IMG/VR virus record: IMGVR_UViG_3300017780_002066
Span: 1-38,384 of that record
Strand: one strand, 5' to 3'
DNA length: 38,384 bases
Origin: a virus
Taxonomy: Duplodnaviria; Caudoviricetes
Shown: positions 1 to 8,263 of the stretch, piece after piece
Layout: each line of letters begins with the position of its first letter
How positions within the stretch are numbered: position 1 is the stretch's first letter
Notes under the pieces: generated by a model
What the model was told of the DNA's origin: nothing
What the model saw: only the letters and a program-made list of their open reading frames with translations
The model's database searches: none
Position numbers and translations under genes: made by a program

Positions 1-44
1 CCTGCAGAAGTCTGGAATGTTATAGAGTTACTTAAATAAAAAAA

Positions 45-236
45 ATGATTTTAATAGATTTAAAAAAATACAAATCCCTAGATCAAGCACTAAAAGTTTA
101 TAAGCAGAAAACTAATAAGATAGGGACAGTAAAAGAGTTAAGAGATCGTCAAGAGTTTGTTAAACCTTCAGTTAAGAAGAGAGCTCAAAAATTAAAAGCA
201 CAATACGTGCAGAAGAAATTCGGAAATACCCAATAG
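45..236 (+). CDS. rpsU: Phage-encoded ribosomal protein bS21 (Bacteroidota type)
   Basis: 63-aa basic protein with LDQALKVYKQK...ELRDRQEFVKPSVKKR, the S21 signature; KAQY places Tyr at position 54. Confidence 0.93.
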   Translation: MILIDLKKYKSLDQALKVYKQKTNKIGTVKELRDRQEFVKPSVKKRAQKLKAQYVQKKFGNTQ

Positions 237-257
237 GGAAATTCTTTTTATAAAGCA

Positions 258-289
258 GTGGCTTTAGAACTTTATTATTCATATCTTTA
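258..289 (+). promoter_or_regulatory. Conserved phage promoter (GTGG-N18-CATATCTTTA)
   Basis: Same two-box motif and 18-nt spacer as about 20 other intergenic sites. Confidence 0.6.
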
Positions 290-316
290 TGAACATTAAT
301 TTAAAACGGTTATAAT

Positions 317-733
317 ATGGATTTAGAAATGATTAGTTGCACCAAGTGCAATTCCCCAATGCCTAAGTTGAGAAAAGAGAAATACGGTTATTCGTATTGT
401 GTGAACTGTTCAACAGAAAAACCTCTACTTGCTCGTACTGTTACTTTCGGTACCGGAGATGATATCTGGACTGATACAGAAATCCTAACACAGGAACAAG
501 CTCAAAGAATTATAGAATTAGAAGCTAATGCTATAGGAAGAAAAGTAGTAGGAGAGTTCGAAGTAATAGATTTCGATACAGAAGAGAGCCCTATCTCCTC
601 ATCAGCTACCCCAATTGTAAAACGTTTAATAGACGGTGAAGAGATGGATGATCAATCTGCTTTTGTTTATGATGCAGATTACGACTCTGTAGAAGAAGAA
701 GAGGAAGACGATGATGATATCTCGGACGATTAA
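317..733 (+). CDS. TraR/DksA-like C4 zinc-finger protein with acidic tail
   Basis: CTKC-x17-CVNC with the PKLR motif; paralog of 32189..32422. Confidence 0.6.
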   Translation: MDLEMISCTKCNSPMPKLRKEKYGYSYCVNCSTEKPLLARTVTFGTGDDIWTDTEILTQEQAQRIIELEANAIGRKVVGEFEVIDFDTEESPISSSATPIVKRLIDGEEMDDQSAFVYDADYDSVEEEEEDDDDISDD

Positions 734-735
734 TT

Positions 736-1374
736 ATGGCAAGACCTTCTAAAATATTATCAAAAGAAGATTTACTACGTGCAATAAAAATGACTCGCTC
801 AAATCGAGCTGCGGCCAGATACCTTCATGTTTCGTATAACCATTATAAAAAGTATGCTAAACTCTACAAAGATGAAGCTACTGGGTTAACTTTACTTGAA
901 ACACATCTTAATCAGTCTGGTAAAGGTATTCCTAAATTTTTAGGCAATGGAGGTAAAGAACCGCCTCTTATGGATCTAATAGAAGGAAGGGTACCTGTAG
1001 AGCATTTTGATGCAAAGAAGATAAAGCAGAGAATTATATTTGAAGCTTTGATCGAAGAGAAATGTAGCAAATGTGATTTCAACGAAAGAAGAGTAATCGA
1101 TAATAAGATACCTTTGATACTAAGTCATAAGGACGGTAATCAGAGAAATTATCACTTAGATAATTTAGAGTTTTTATGTTACAATTGTTCTTTCTTATAT
1201 GCAGCATCTCCAATAACAGACACTCAGGCAGATGGAATGGAAGATTATATACCTGCTAAAGAAGAGTTTGGTTGGGAATTAGATGAGTACCATCTTGAGC
1301 ATTTAAGATCTTTAGGATTATACAAAGAAGAAGAAGAAAAGCCAATCGGACACGAGTATATAACACGACAGTAA
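736..1374 (+). CDS. HNH endonuclease-like protein with N-terminal HTH
   Basis: CSKC...LILSHKDGNQRNYHLDNLEFLCYNC; N-terminal SNRAAARYLHVSY is HTH-like. Confidence 0.75.
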   Translation: MARPSKILSKEDLLRAIKMTRSNRAAARYLHVSYNHYKKYAKLYKDEATGLTLLETHLNQSGKGIPKFLGNGGKEPPLMDLIEGRVPVEHFDAKKIKQRIIFEALIEEKCSKCDFNERRVIDNKIPLILSHKDGNQRNYHLDNLEFLCYNCSFLYAASPITDTQADGMEDYIPAKEEFGWELDEYHLEHLRSLGLYKEEEEKPIGHEYITRQ

Positions 1375-1385
1375 TATTTATATAC

Positions 1386-1541
1386 ATGGAAGATAACTCA
1401 AAGAAAGGAAAACCTAAGCTAAAAGGCAAAAGACCTAAGCCTCTAGAAAGAAAAGTGGCTGATGATCTAATTAAGTTGCATGAACGTAATGAGAAGTTAC
1501 GAGAGAAAAATATTAAGACGGACTTTTTCAAGCTATTCTAG
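1386..1541 (+). CDS. Small basic hypothetical protein (51 aa, not in ORF track)
   Basis: ATG 1386 to TAG 1541, MEDNSKKGKPKLKGKRPKPLERKVADDLIKLHERNEKLREKNIKTDFFKLF; fills the gap on the coding strand. Confidence 0.7.
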   Translation: MEDNSKKGKPKLKGKRPKPLERKVADDLIKLHERNEKLREKNIKTDFFKLF

Positions 1542-1572
1542 TTGGAATTCAGCAGAAAAATTCGTACATTTA
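1541..1572 (+). promoter_or_regulatory. Conserved phage promoter
   Basis: GTTG-N18-CGTACATTTA. Confidence 0.7.
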
Positions 1573-1591
1573 TTAACTAAAAGACATAATT

Positions 1592-2146
1592 ATGATATAC
1601 AAGTTCAATAAAAATTCTTTAAATTTTGAAAAGACAAGTAGGTTCAAATTATTAGCAAGACCTATAATTATTACAGCACTTATAACGAGCATTTTCGGGT
1701 ATACTGCAAAACAAGAAGTAGGCATTCCAGAAGAGCAGAAGTTAATTGTGTTAAGAGAAGTAAATAAGTTTTCAGAAGAGAGGTTAGTTGACGAAATCGC
1801 AGGATTAAATTTTAGATTTCCTCATATAGTATTAGCACAAGCAAAATTAGAATCAAACAATTTCCGTTCTTATCTATTTAAAGAGAATAATAATATGTTT
1901 GGTATGAAGCTAGCAAGCTCTAGATTAACAATTGCTAATGGAGAAGAACACGGATATGCTTCTTATGAAAGTTGGTCAGAATCTTTAATGGATTACGCTT
2001 TATATTATTCAAGCTACTTAAGAAATGTGAAGACAGAAAAAGAGTATTACCAGTTTCTATCTAAATTCTATGCAGAAGATGTTGCGTATGTAACAAAAAT
2101 ACAGAACTTAATTAAAAATGAACAACTTAAATCTAAATTCAATTAA
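1592..2146 (+). CDS. Glucosaminidase (GH73/FlgJ-like) peptidoglycan hydrolase with N-terminal membrane anchor
   Basis: LAQAKLES...ENNNMFGMK...YASYESWSESLMDY...YAED motifs. Confidence 0.8.
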   Translation: MIYKFNKNSLNFEKTSRFKLLARPIIITALITSIFGYTAKQEVGIPEEQKLIVLREVNKFSEERLVDEIAGLNFRFPHIVLAQAKLESNNFRSYLFKENNNMFGMKLASSRLTIANGEEHGYASYESWSESLMDYALYYSSYLRNVKTEKEYYQFLSKFYAEDVAYVTKIQNLIKNEQLKSKFN

Positions 2147-2161
2147 ACAAAAATTAAGGTT

Positions 2162-2533
2162 ATGATAAACATTTTACAAAAAATCGAAAGTTTCTTTAAA
2201 AGAAAAACAAAGTACAACGATAAAGAAGCTAAACTTCTGGAAGTTGTAACTAAAATGGTAACTAGCCCAGATGTTGATCTGGTTTGTAATCCAATGAATG
2301 GTGTATACTATATCTCAAATGAGAAGATACATTATTATATGAAAGTTACTGAGTTTGAAATTAGTATCACTAATACAAAGTTTGCTTATAATCATGTCTA
2401 TACTAGCGGCTTTGGTTCAGAATTACTAAACGTAGTAAGAGAAGCTATTGATCAGCAAGTTGAAGAGTTTGATAGAAAGGTTTTTATTAATGAAGTAAAC
2501 CTATTAACAAATATAGAAAAAGCTATTCGATAA
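2162..2533 (+). CDS. Hypothetical protein
   Basis: ORF with AAGGTTATG start. Confidence 0.75.
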   Translation: MINILQKIESFFKRKTKYNDKEAKLLEVVTKMVTSPDVDLVCNPMNGVYYISNEKIHYYMKVTEFEISITNTKFAYNHVYTSGFGSELLNVVREAIDQQVEEFDRKVFINEVNLLTNIEKAIR

Positions 2534-2534
2534 T

Positions 2535-2867
2535 ATGCTAGAGATAAACGTAAAAGACTACAGCGAATTAGATGAAATATTTAGCCCAGGCAACGAAGTC
2601 TTAATTGAACAGATGTACAAAGCAGTTAGTAAAGCCTATAAAGAAGGAAGTACGTATGCCGATGTCTTTAAGATTACAGTTGGAGAAGCTGATTACAGTT
2701 ACGAGGTAGGCGTCCCTAGAGAAGAATGGCAAAACGTATTAGATACTGTCCTTTCTTATTTCCATAAAGAGCAAAGAACCGATGACTGTATTGATGTATG
2801 GCAGTTACAAGAGGGAATTAAAGCAGGAAAAGTTATTAAGAAAAAAGTTGCAAATAAGAATAAATAA
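2535..2867 (+). CDS. Hypothetical protein
   Basis: Tightly packed ORF. Confidence 0.75.
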   Translation: MLEINVKDYSELDEIFSPGNEVLIEQMYKAVSKAYKEGSTYADVFKITVGEADYSYEVGVPREEWQNVLDTVLSYFHKEQRTDDCIDVWQLQEGIKAGKVIKKKVANKNK

Positions 2868-2878
2868 TCGTACATTAT
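2847..2878 (+). promoter_or_regulatory. Conserved phage promoter
   Basis: GTTG-N18-CGTACATTAT. Confidence 0.65.
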
Positions 2879-2905
2879 ATATATAAACAATTAAACAGTT
2901 ATAAG

Positions 2906-3157
2906 ATGAACTACACACAAAAGATCTCAAAGATCGCCAGCAAACGCCGTAACGGTGACGTACCACGTATCAGTGACGTATTAGAGAATGACTTTAGTAC
3001 TTCTCACATTACCAATGTATTAAACGGAGCTCGTTTCAACGATCGTATCGTTAATGCAGCTTATCGCTTGTTGTATCGCAGAGAAAGCAATGCTACAAAG
3101 ATTAGCAAGTTGACAACAAAATTGACAGAAACTAAGTCAATGGTTGCTGCTAAATAA
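2906..3157 (+). CDS. Small basic protein, possibly HTH DNA-binding
   Basis: FSTSHITNVLNG resembles a recognition helix; has its own promoter and terminator. Confidence 0.6.
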   Translation: MNYTQKISKIASKRRNGDVPRISDVLENDFSTSHITNVLNGARFNDRIVNAAYRLLYRRESNATKISKLTTKLTETKSMVAAK

Positions 3158-3174
3158 GCAATGTAGAATTTAGA

Positions 3175-3204
3175 AAGAGGCCTCCTTTTAGGGGGTCTTT
3201 TTTT
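3175..3204 (+). terminator. Intrinsic terminator
   Basis: AGAGGCCTCCT-TTT-AGGGGGTCTTT stem (with G-U pairs) followed by a T run. Confidence 0.8.
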
Positions 3205-3209
3205 GTTCT

Positions 3210-3282
3210 TTCCGGAAAAAAAAGTGAAAAAAAGATTGTGAGTTAGTGGCTTTTCTGCCTGATAGTTCGTATCTTAAGGTAT
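3210..3282 (+). repeat. ~70-bp promoter cassette, copy 1 (direct repeat with 3867..3939)
   Basis: TTCCGGAAAAAAAAGTGAAAAAAAGATTGTGAGTTAGTGGC...GTTCGTATCTTAAGGTAT; promoter boxes at 3246 and 3268. Confidence 0.85.
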
Positions 3283-3326
3283 GTTAGAGAGATAGATACT
3301 TTAACAGTCACTTAAAAATAAAGGTT

Positions 3327-3557
3327 ATGATGAATAAATTAAGTAGTAAAAAAGTAGTAGAGCTCGAAGCAGAGTTTGGTGAGTTTGAAATCGGTCAAGT
3401 AATGGGCGGAAGTAATAGTGTTTATCTACGCTTCGGATACTGGAGACGAGTTAACGTCGGTAAGCTTCAGGAAATGTTAGGGTTTGGTTTTAATGTTGTT
3501 GAAGACGACATCGACGATGATGATTGCGGTACTTTATATTCTTACAAATTAAAATAA
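3327..3557 (+). CDS. Hypothetical protein
   Basis: First ORF after the promoter, AAGGTTATG start. Confidence 0.75.
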   Translation: MMNKLSSKKVVELEAEFGEFEIGQVMGGSNSVYLRFGYWRRVNVGKLQEMLGFGFNVVEDDIDDDDCGTLYSYKLK

Positions 3558-3561
3558 GACT

Positions 3562-3903
3562 ATGTCAGAGAAGAGAGGTCATACAGTCAAGATTGAATAC
3601 CCATTCAATACAGCAGGAGTTATGGAGTGTTACTACCCAGATTCAGACACATGGTATAGAACTACATGTTCAGAATTTAGAGCATTTGATGGTAGAAGAC
3701 GTATAACAGAACCGGAATTTGTATCTAGACTTAATAAAGATATTCCAATGATTACAGAAGAATACTACGGACCAGTCTACCATCTAGGTACTAATACAAT
3801 AGTTGAAAGCAAAGGACTCAATATGATTGTGGGTGGTACGAAATGGCATTCAATATACGATGATCCTTCCGGAAAAAAAAGTAAAAAAAAGATTGTAAGT
3901 TAG
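3562..3903 (+). CDS. Hypothetical protein
   Basis: ORF whose C-terminus and TAG are supplied by the repeated promoter cassette. Confidence 0.7.
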   Translation: MSEKRGHTVKIEYPFNTAGVMECYYPDSDTWYRTTCSEFRAFDGRRRITEPEFVSRLNKDIPMITEEYYGPVYHLGTNTIVESKGLNMIVGGTKWHSIYDDPSGKKSKKKIVS

Positions 3904-3939
3904 TTGCTTTTCAGTGACTAAGTTCGTATCTTTAAGTAT
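3867..3939 (+). repeat. ~70-bp promoter cassette, copy 2
   Basis: TTCCGGAAAAAAAAGTAAAAAAAAGATTGTAAGTTAGTTGC...GTTCGTATCTTTAAGTAT; boxes at 3903 and 3925. Confidence 0.85.
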
Positions 3940-3977
3940 AATAAGAAATCAATTAAACAATTTAAAAAACAAAGGTT

Positions 3978-4814
3978 ATGATGCAATCATTTAACAAATC
4001 CCTCGACACATTTATGACGAAAGAAGACATCAACAAGGTATGTCCATTAGCTTTCGCTTCAGCTCCTACTAATCCAAAGGTTAGTGAGAAGTATTTACAC
4101 GTCAATACTGAGACTATTATTGACGACTTAGCTAAGTTGAACTGGTTTCCAGTTACAGCTTCTCAGAGAAAAGCTCGTAAAAAAGGAGCAGATTCTATCT
4201 TCTCTAAGCATATGATCTCTTTTCAGAATCCTGATATTATGATCAAAGGTGCTGACGGAGACGATGCTTTCCCTCGTATTATCATGACTAACTCTCATGA
4301 TGGTTTTAATTCATTCCAGTTTGCAGTCGGTATCTTCCGACTAGTATGTTCTAATGGATTAGTTATTGCTGATGAGCAATTTGCTGACTTCCGTATCCGT
4401 CACGCAGGATATACTTTCGAAGAACTTCGCGGAGTAGTATCTAAAGCAGTTAACGACTTGCCTAATAAGGTAGAGGTTCTTAACAAGATGAAGCAACGCA
4501 TCTTGACTGACGAAGAGAAGATGAAATTAGCATTAGATGCTATGACGCTTCGTTCTGGTAAGCTTGCAGAAGGTGCAGTAATCGGTTACGATGACGAGAC
4601 TCTTCGTGATATGTTAACTCCTAAGCGTACTGCTGATCAAGGAGACGATCTTTGGAAAGTGTTTAACGTAATCCAAGAGAAAGTAACTCAAGGAGGCTTC
4701 AGCGCAGCTCTTCGTGGAGCTAAAGTTCGTAAGGTTCGTAAGATCAAATCTTTCGAGAAGGACTTGAAAGTAAATAAAGAGTTGTTCAAACTAGCAACAG
4801 CATTGCTTAACTAG
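3978..4814 (+). CDS. DUF932/DUF945 family phage/plasmid protein
   Basis: IIMTNSHDG...GIFRLVCSNGLV...IRH...LWKVFNVIQE motifs. Confidence 0.85.
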   Translation: MMQSFNKSLDTFMTKEDINKVCPLAFASAPTNPKVSEKYLHVNTETIIDDLAKLNWFPVTASQRKARKKGADSIFSKHMISFQNPDIMIKGADGDDAFPRIIMTNSHDGFNSFQFAVGIFRLVCSNGLVIADEQFADFRIRHAGYTFEELRGVVSKAVNDLPNKVEVLNKMKQRILTDEEKMKLALDAMTLRSGKLAEGAVIGYDDETLRDMLTPKRTADQGDDLWKVFNVIQEKVTQGGFSAALRGAKVRKVRKIKSFEKDLKVNKELFKLATALLN

Positions 4815-4829
4815 TTAGTAAATATAAAG

Positions 4830-4857
4830 GAGCCGGACTCACCTCCGGCTCTCTTTT
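4830..4857 (+). terminator. Intrinsic terminator
   Basis: GAGCCGGA-CTCACC-TCCGGCTC perfect 8-bp stem followed by TCTTTT. Confidence 0.8.
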
Positions 4858-4868
4858 AACTTGTCTTT

Positions 4869-5036
4869 ATGCACGAAGTTTTACATATATTAGGACTATG
4901 CGGTGAAAAGCATTTAAGCTTCATCGCCTTATTTACAGACCCAACATTAACAATTGAATTATGGAAAATGAGATACTATTTTGGAAGGATGGCGACTACA
5001 CTGCAAGGGGTGGCTTCTTCGTTAGGAATAACTTAA
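4869..5036 (+). CDS. Possible small hypothetical protein (55 aa, not in ORF track)
   Basis: MHEVLHILGLCGEKHLSF...; overlaps the next ORF by 76 nt. Confidence 0.35.
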   Translation: MHEVLHILGLCGEKHLSFIALFTDPTLTIELWKMRYYFGRMATTLQGVASSLGIT

Positions 5037-5152
5037 AAGAATTTTTACAGACGTTAATCGACGCAGGTCATGAACCTGTAGGTATTAAGATCGATATGGA
5101 TAGCTTAAATTTAGAAGTAATAGTAAAAGCTACCGAGGATGAAGATAATTAG
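4961..5152 (+). CDS. Hypothetical protein
   Basis: ORF overlapping the next start. Confidence 0.65.
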   Translation: MENEILFWKDGDYTARGGFFVRNNLKEFLQTLIDAGHEPVGIKIDMDSLNLEVIVKATEDEDN

Positions 5153-5903
5153 AACCCTTTGGGGTGCTAGATATACAGAGGAAATAGAAAGAGCTACTCA
5201 GATTAGTCGAGAGTTTGGACTACTACCGGAAGATCAATTAGTATATTGCTGGGATCAAGACAACCTGGACTTTGTTCAGAAATTAGGATACCAGACTCAG
5301 TATATGGGGGACAATACAATAGGCTGGGAGGGTTGGTTTATTAATAAACTGATTGCCTTCCGCCTATCCTCTTTAACAGGGCCTTTTCTTTACTTGGACT
5401 GGGACTGTATTCAACAAAGACCTCTTGATAGTAATTTTTGGAGAAGTTTAGAAAAAGGAGAAGCTATACAAATGCCTTTGTATTACTTCCCGCAAAAAGC
5501 TATTCAAAAGTTCCAAACTATAACTCCGTTTATAGAAGAAGAAGGTTTAGAAAAGACTCATTACTTCAACCTAATGATGTATCAGATACTAAGGTACGGT
5601 AAATGGGAATATGATGGTGGATTAGCTATACCAAATGCCGGTTTTGTATACAGTAGGCAACCTTCTTTTCCTCATGATCTCTTTAAGATATTCAAAGAGA
5701 GGACTATTACAACAAACATAGAAGAGCTTTGTGCTATGCTGTATTTTAACAGGTATATACACAGTGTAGATGAGTATATAGACAAAGTTGAACCTAAGGT
5801 GTGTATAGGTAAGAGCGACGGGGATATGTGGGCGTCTCAGTATCTACTAAATAACTATATTAATTCAAAAGCTAGTAAAGATATCTACTTTATTCATGAG
5901 TGA
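5139..5903 (+). CDS. GT-A-like (DxD) nucleotide-sugar transferase-like protein, DUF6734-like
   Basis: NKL...PFLYLDWDC DxD motif; PNAGFVY; IEE. Confidence 0.55.
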   Translation: MKIIRTLWGARYTEEIERATQISREFGLLPEDQLVYCWDQDNLDFVQKLGYQTQYMGDNTIGWEGWFINKLIAFRLSSLTGPFLYLDWDCIQQRPLDSNFWRSLEKGEAIQMPLYYFPQKAIQKFQTITPFIEEEGLEKTHYFNLMMYQILRYGKWEYDGGLAIPNAGFVYSRQPSFPHDLFKIFKERTITTNIEELCAMLYFNRYIHSVDEYIDKVEPKVCIGKSDGDMWASQYLLNNYINSKASKDIYFIHE

Positions 5904-6858
5904 TTTTAAAATAATATACGTCAATTGGACTCAACCTTACTTTAATAAGAAGAAGTTTACAGGTATAAAAAGCTATCTAAAAGATACGCCGGAAGAAGCC
6001 CTTGAATATAAACTGGAAGAGTATGAAAAGCTTATGCAGATTTATAGCTTTACATCAGCTAAAAGGTATACTAATGCTTTAATAAAAATGTATACAGATA
6101 CAGCCGGGTACGAGTATTACCGTAAAGAAAATATGCTACAGTACTTTGATGAGATTGATGTAGACTTTCTTAATTCTGTTAATAAAGACACTCGTATAGA
6201 TGCAGCTCAATTTTGGACTAGCGGTAAGATACTTTCTATATGCAACGAGAAACCTCCATTTTTATTTATGGATACAGACTTCTTCTTACAGGAAGAAATA
6301 CCAGAATGGGTTTTTAAAAAAGATGTAGTACACGCCCACTGGGAACTATTACGAGCATGGTTACACGTACCGGTTAGTAAAGCTAAAGATCAATTCGGAT
6401 TAGATATTCCAGAATTTGCAGATGCAATGTTAATTCCTAACACTTGCTTCCTATTTATGAATGATAACGAAAAGGTAAGAAGTATTATAGAAAGGTATAG
6501 GGAATTACATTTAGAGATTGTAACTAAGAAATACGATTATGTACCAGACGAGTTATGGTTAATGACAGACCAGAACATACTAGGCTACATACTAAGAGAT
6601 AAGGATGCTGATGTCGGTCATGCAATTAATAAGATATATATTCAATTTGCAGACTCGGTTGGGTCTACCGCTGTCGGTAATACACCTAGATGGACACATT
6701 TTGATAATATAAAAAGGAAGTACCCAGAAGTTAAATACCATCACGTATGGTTTGAAAAGATAGGAATGCACTCTGATCCGGAATATAAAAAGACTGTAAT
6801 CGGTAACTGGACAAAAGGAATAGAAGAGAATATTAAAGTTATAAAAAGTAAATTATGA
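5896..6858 (+). CDS. DUF6734-like / GT-A-like protein
   Basis: MYTD, FWTSGKI, PFLFMDTDFF, HAHWE, PNTCFLF, TDQ, YHH motifs. Confidence 0.6.
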   Translation: MSDFKIIYVNWTQPYFNKKKFTGIKSYLKDTPEEALEYKLEEYEKLMQIYSFTSAKRYTNALIKMYTDTAGYEYYRKENMLQYFDEIDVDFLNSVNKDTRIDAAQFWTSGKILSICNEKPPFLFMDTDFFLQEEIPEWVFKKDVVHAHWELLRAWLHVPVSKAKDQFGLDIPEFADAMLIPNTCFLFMNDNEKVRSIIERYRELHLEIVTKKYDYVPDELWLMTDQNILGYILRDKDADVGHAINKIYIQFADSVGSTAVGNTPRWTHFDNIKRKYPEVKYHHVWFEKIGMHSDPEYKKTVIGNWTKGIEENIKVIKSKL

Positions 6859-7298
6859 TATATTGGTTCACAGGACAGCCTGGAGCTGGAAAGACAACTC
6901 TAGCCGATTGGTTAGCTACACATTACCATACTAAAGCTATAAAAATAGATGGTGATGATATTAGAGAGATTTTTGATAATAAAGACTACTCAGAAGCTGG
7001 AAGGAGAAAGAATATAGAGCTTGCTCAGAATATGGCTCACTTCCTCCACCATAAGGACTACAACGTTTTCGTATCGCTTGTATCACCTTATAAAGATCAA
7101 AGAGAAAGCTTTAAAGAGAAGCTAGGAAACGGTATAGTAGAACTCTACATACATGCCTTTGAAGATAGAGGACGTAATCAATTCCACGTAAGCAATTACC
7201 AACCACCTACAGAGAATTTTATAGATGTGGATACAACAAATGATAGTCCTTTTGAATCTTACCAGAAAATTAGAGAGAAGTTGGATTCTAATAATTAA
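6855..7298 (+). CDS. cysC: Adenylyl-sulfate (APS) kinase
   Basis: WFTGQPGAGKTT P-loop, IDGDDIR, YSEAGRRKNI, VSPY, YQPP. Confidence 0.88.
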   Translation: MIYWFTGQPGAGKTTLADWLATHYHTKAIKIDGDDIREIFDNKDYSEAGRRKNIELAQNMAHFLHHKDYNVFVSLVSPYKDQRESFKEKLGNGIVELYIHAFEDRGRNQFHVSNYQPPTENFIDVDTTNDSPFESYQKIREKLDSNN

Positions 7299-7311
7299 AA
7301 TCGTATCTTAA
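7280..7311 (+). promoter_or_regulatory. Conserved phage promoter
   Basis: GTTG-N18-CGTATCTTAA; sits almost directly before the ATG at 7315. Confidence 0.6.
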
Positions 7312-7314
7312 AGT

Positions 7315-7716
7315 ATGAGCAATAAATACTTAGCTACTGCAGCATTTCAATCTTCCTCAAATGTAGTGAAGTATTCTATGTTTATAGGTAGGTGGCAACC
7401 TTGGCATGCTGGGCATCGCTGGTTGATAGATCAGAGATTAAATGAGGGTAAGAAGGTTTTACTAGCAATAAGAGATGTAGAACCTGATGAGAGAAACCCC
7501 TGGAGTGCATTCCAAGTAGCAATGAATCTTGAAGAAGAGCTATCAGATCTAATGGCAGAAGGTAAGGTTAGATTTATTATTATTCCGGATATTGAATCTG
7601 TTAATATTGGAAGAGGAGTTGGCTATGATGTAATCGAGCATATACCACCAGAAGAAGTTAGAGAGATATCTGCTACTGCTGTCCGTAATAAGATGAAAGA
7701 GGAGGGTAAGTTGTGA
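7315..7716 (+). CDS. HIGH-superfamily (cytidylyltransferase-like) nucleotidyltransferase
   Basis: FIGRWQPWHAGH (HxGH), NPW, ISATAVR. Confidence 0.8.
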   Translation: MSNKYLATAAFQSSSNVVKYSMFIGRWQPWHAGHRWLIDQRLNEGKKVLLAIRDVEPDERNPWSAFQVAMNLEEELSDLMAEGKVRFIIIPDIESVNIGRGVGYDVIEHIPPEEVREISATAVRNKMKEEGKL

Positions 7717-7922
7717 TAGTAGAGAGAAAAAGACATATCGCTAAAACTATAAGCTACAGAGTAATAAGTACCGTAATTGGATTCCTACTCATGTGGCTTA
7801 TTAGCGGTTCAGTTAAAGTAGGAGCAGCTTTCGGAGTAGCAGAGTTAATTTATAAACCTATTCAATACTATATACATGAACGTATTTGGTATAAATGGAT
7901 TAAATACGGATTAAAAAAATAA
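7713..7922 (+). CDS. DUF2061 family small membrane protein
   Basis: RHIAKTISYR...YYIHERIW; GTG start overlaps the previous stop. Confidence 0.8.
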   Translation: MIVERKRHIAKTISYRVISTVIGFLLMWLISGSVKVGAAFGVAELIYKPIQYYIHERIWYKWIKYGLKK

Positions 7923-7925
7923 ATT

Positions 7926-8261
7926 ATGATATACACAATAGTTTTCTTATTATCAATTGTAATTCTGTACTCTATAATAGGGTGGAAAAAGATCTTCGAC
8001 AAGTACTTGATGTACCTTGATAAGAGCTATTGGACAGATTATAATACAATTGAAGCAGCTGCATGGCTAGCAAAAGCTATCATTATCATTCCAGGATTAG
8101 TATTTGGAATAGAGATATGGTGGTTACATTTTCTTACATTAGCTACATCTAGTTTACTGATATGGGCTAGTATGAGAAAGAGTTTACCTACTTTAGTATT
8201 ATTTAATACAATTTGGATCTGTATATCGTTGACGATTATAATCAGACATCTAACGGCTTAG
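7926..8261 (+). CDS. Multi-pass membrane protein
   Basis: About four hydrophobic segments. Confidence 0.75.
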   Translation: MIYTIVFLLSIVILYSIIGWKKIFDKYLMYLDKSYWTDYNTIEAAAWLAKAIIIIPGLVFGIEIWWLHFLTLATSSLLIWASMRKSLPTLVLFNTIWICISLTIIIRHLTA

Positions 8262-8263
8262 GT

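Noticed and set aside
1-39. 3' end of an upstream gene (PAEVWNVIELLK*)
   Set aside because: Too short to assign a product
1256-1531. Minus-strand ORFs in the track (1256, 11029, 12995, 15335, 16708, 18670, 19041, 21100, 21487, 23201, 26677, 28686, 34282)
   Set aside because: They are antisense shadows of well-supported + strand genes or promoters, with no recognisable motifs
3524-3706. 60-aa + strand ORF
   Set aside because: It is an alternate frame overlapping the better-packed 3327 and 3562 ORFs
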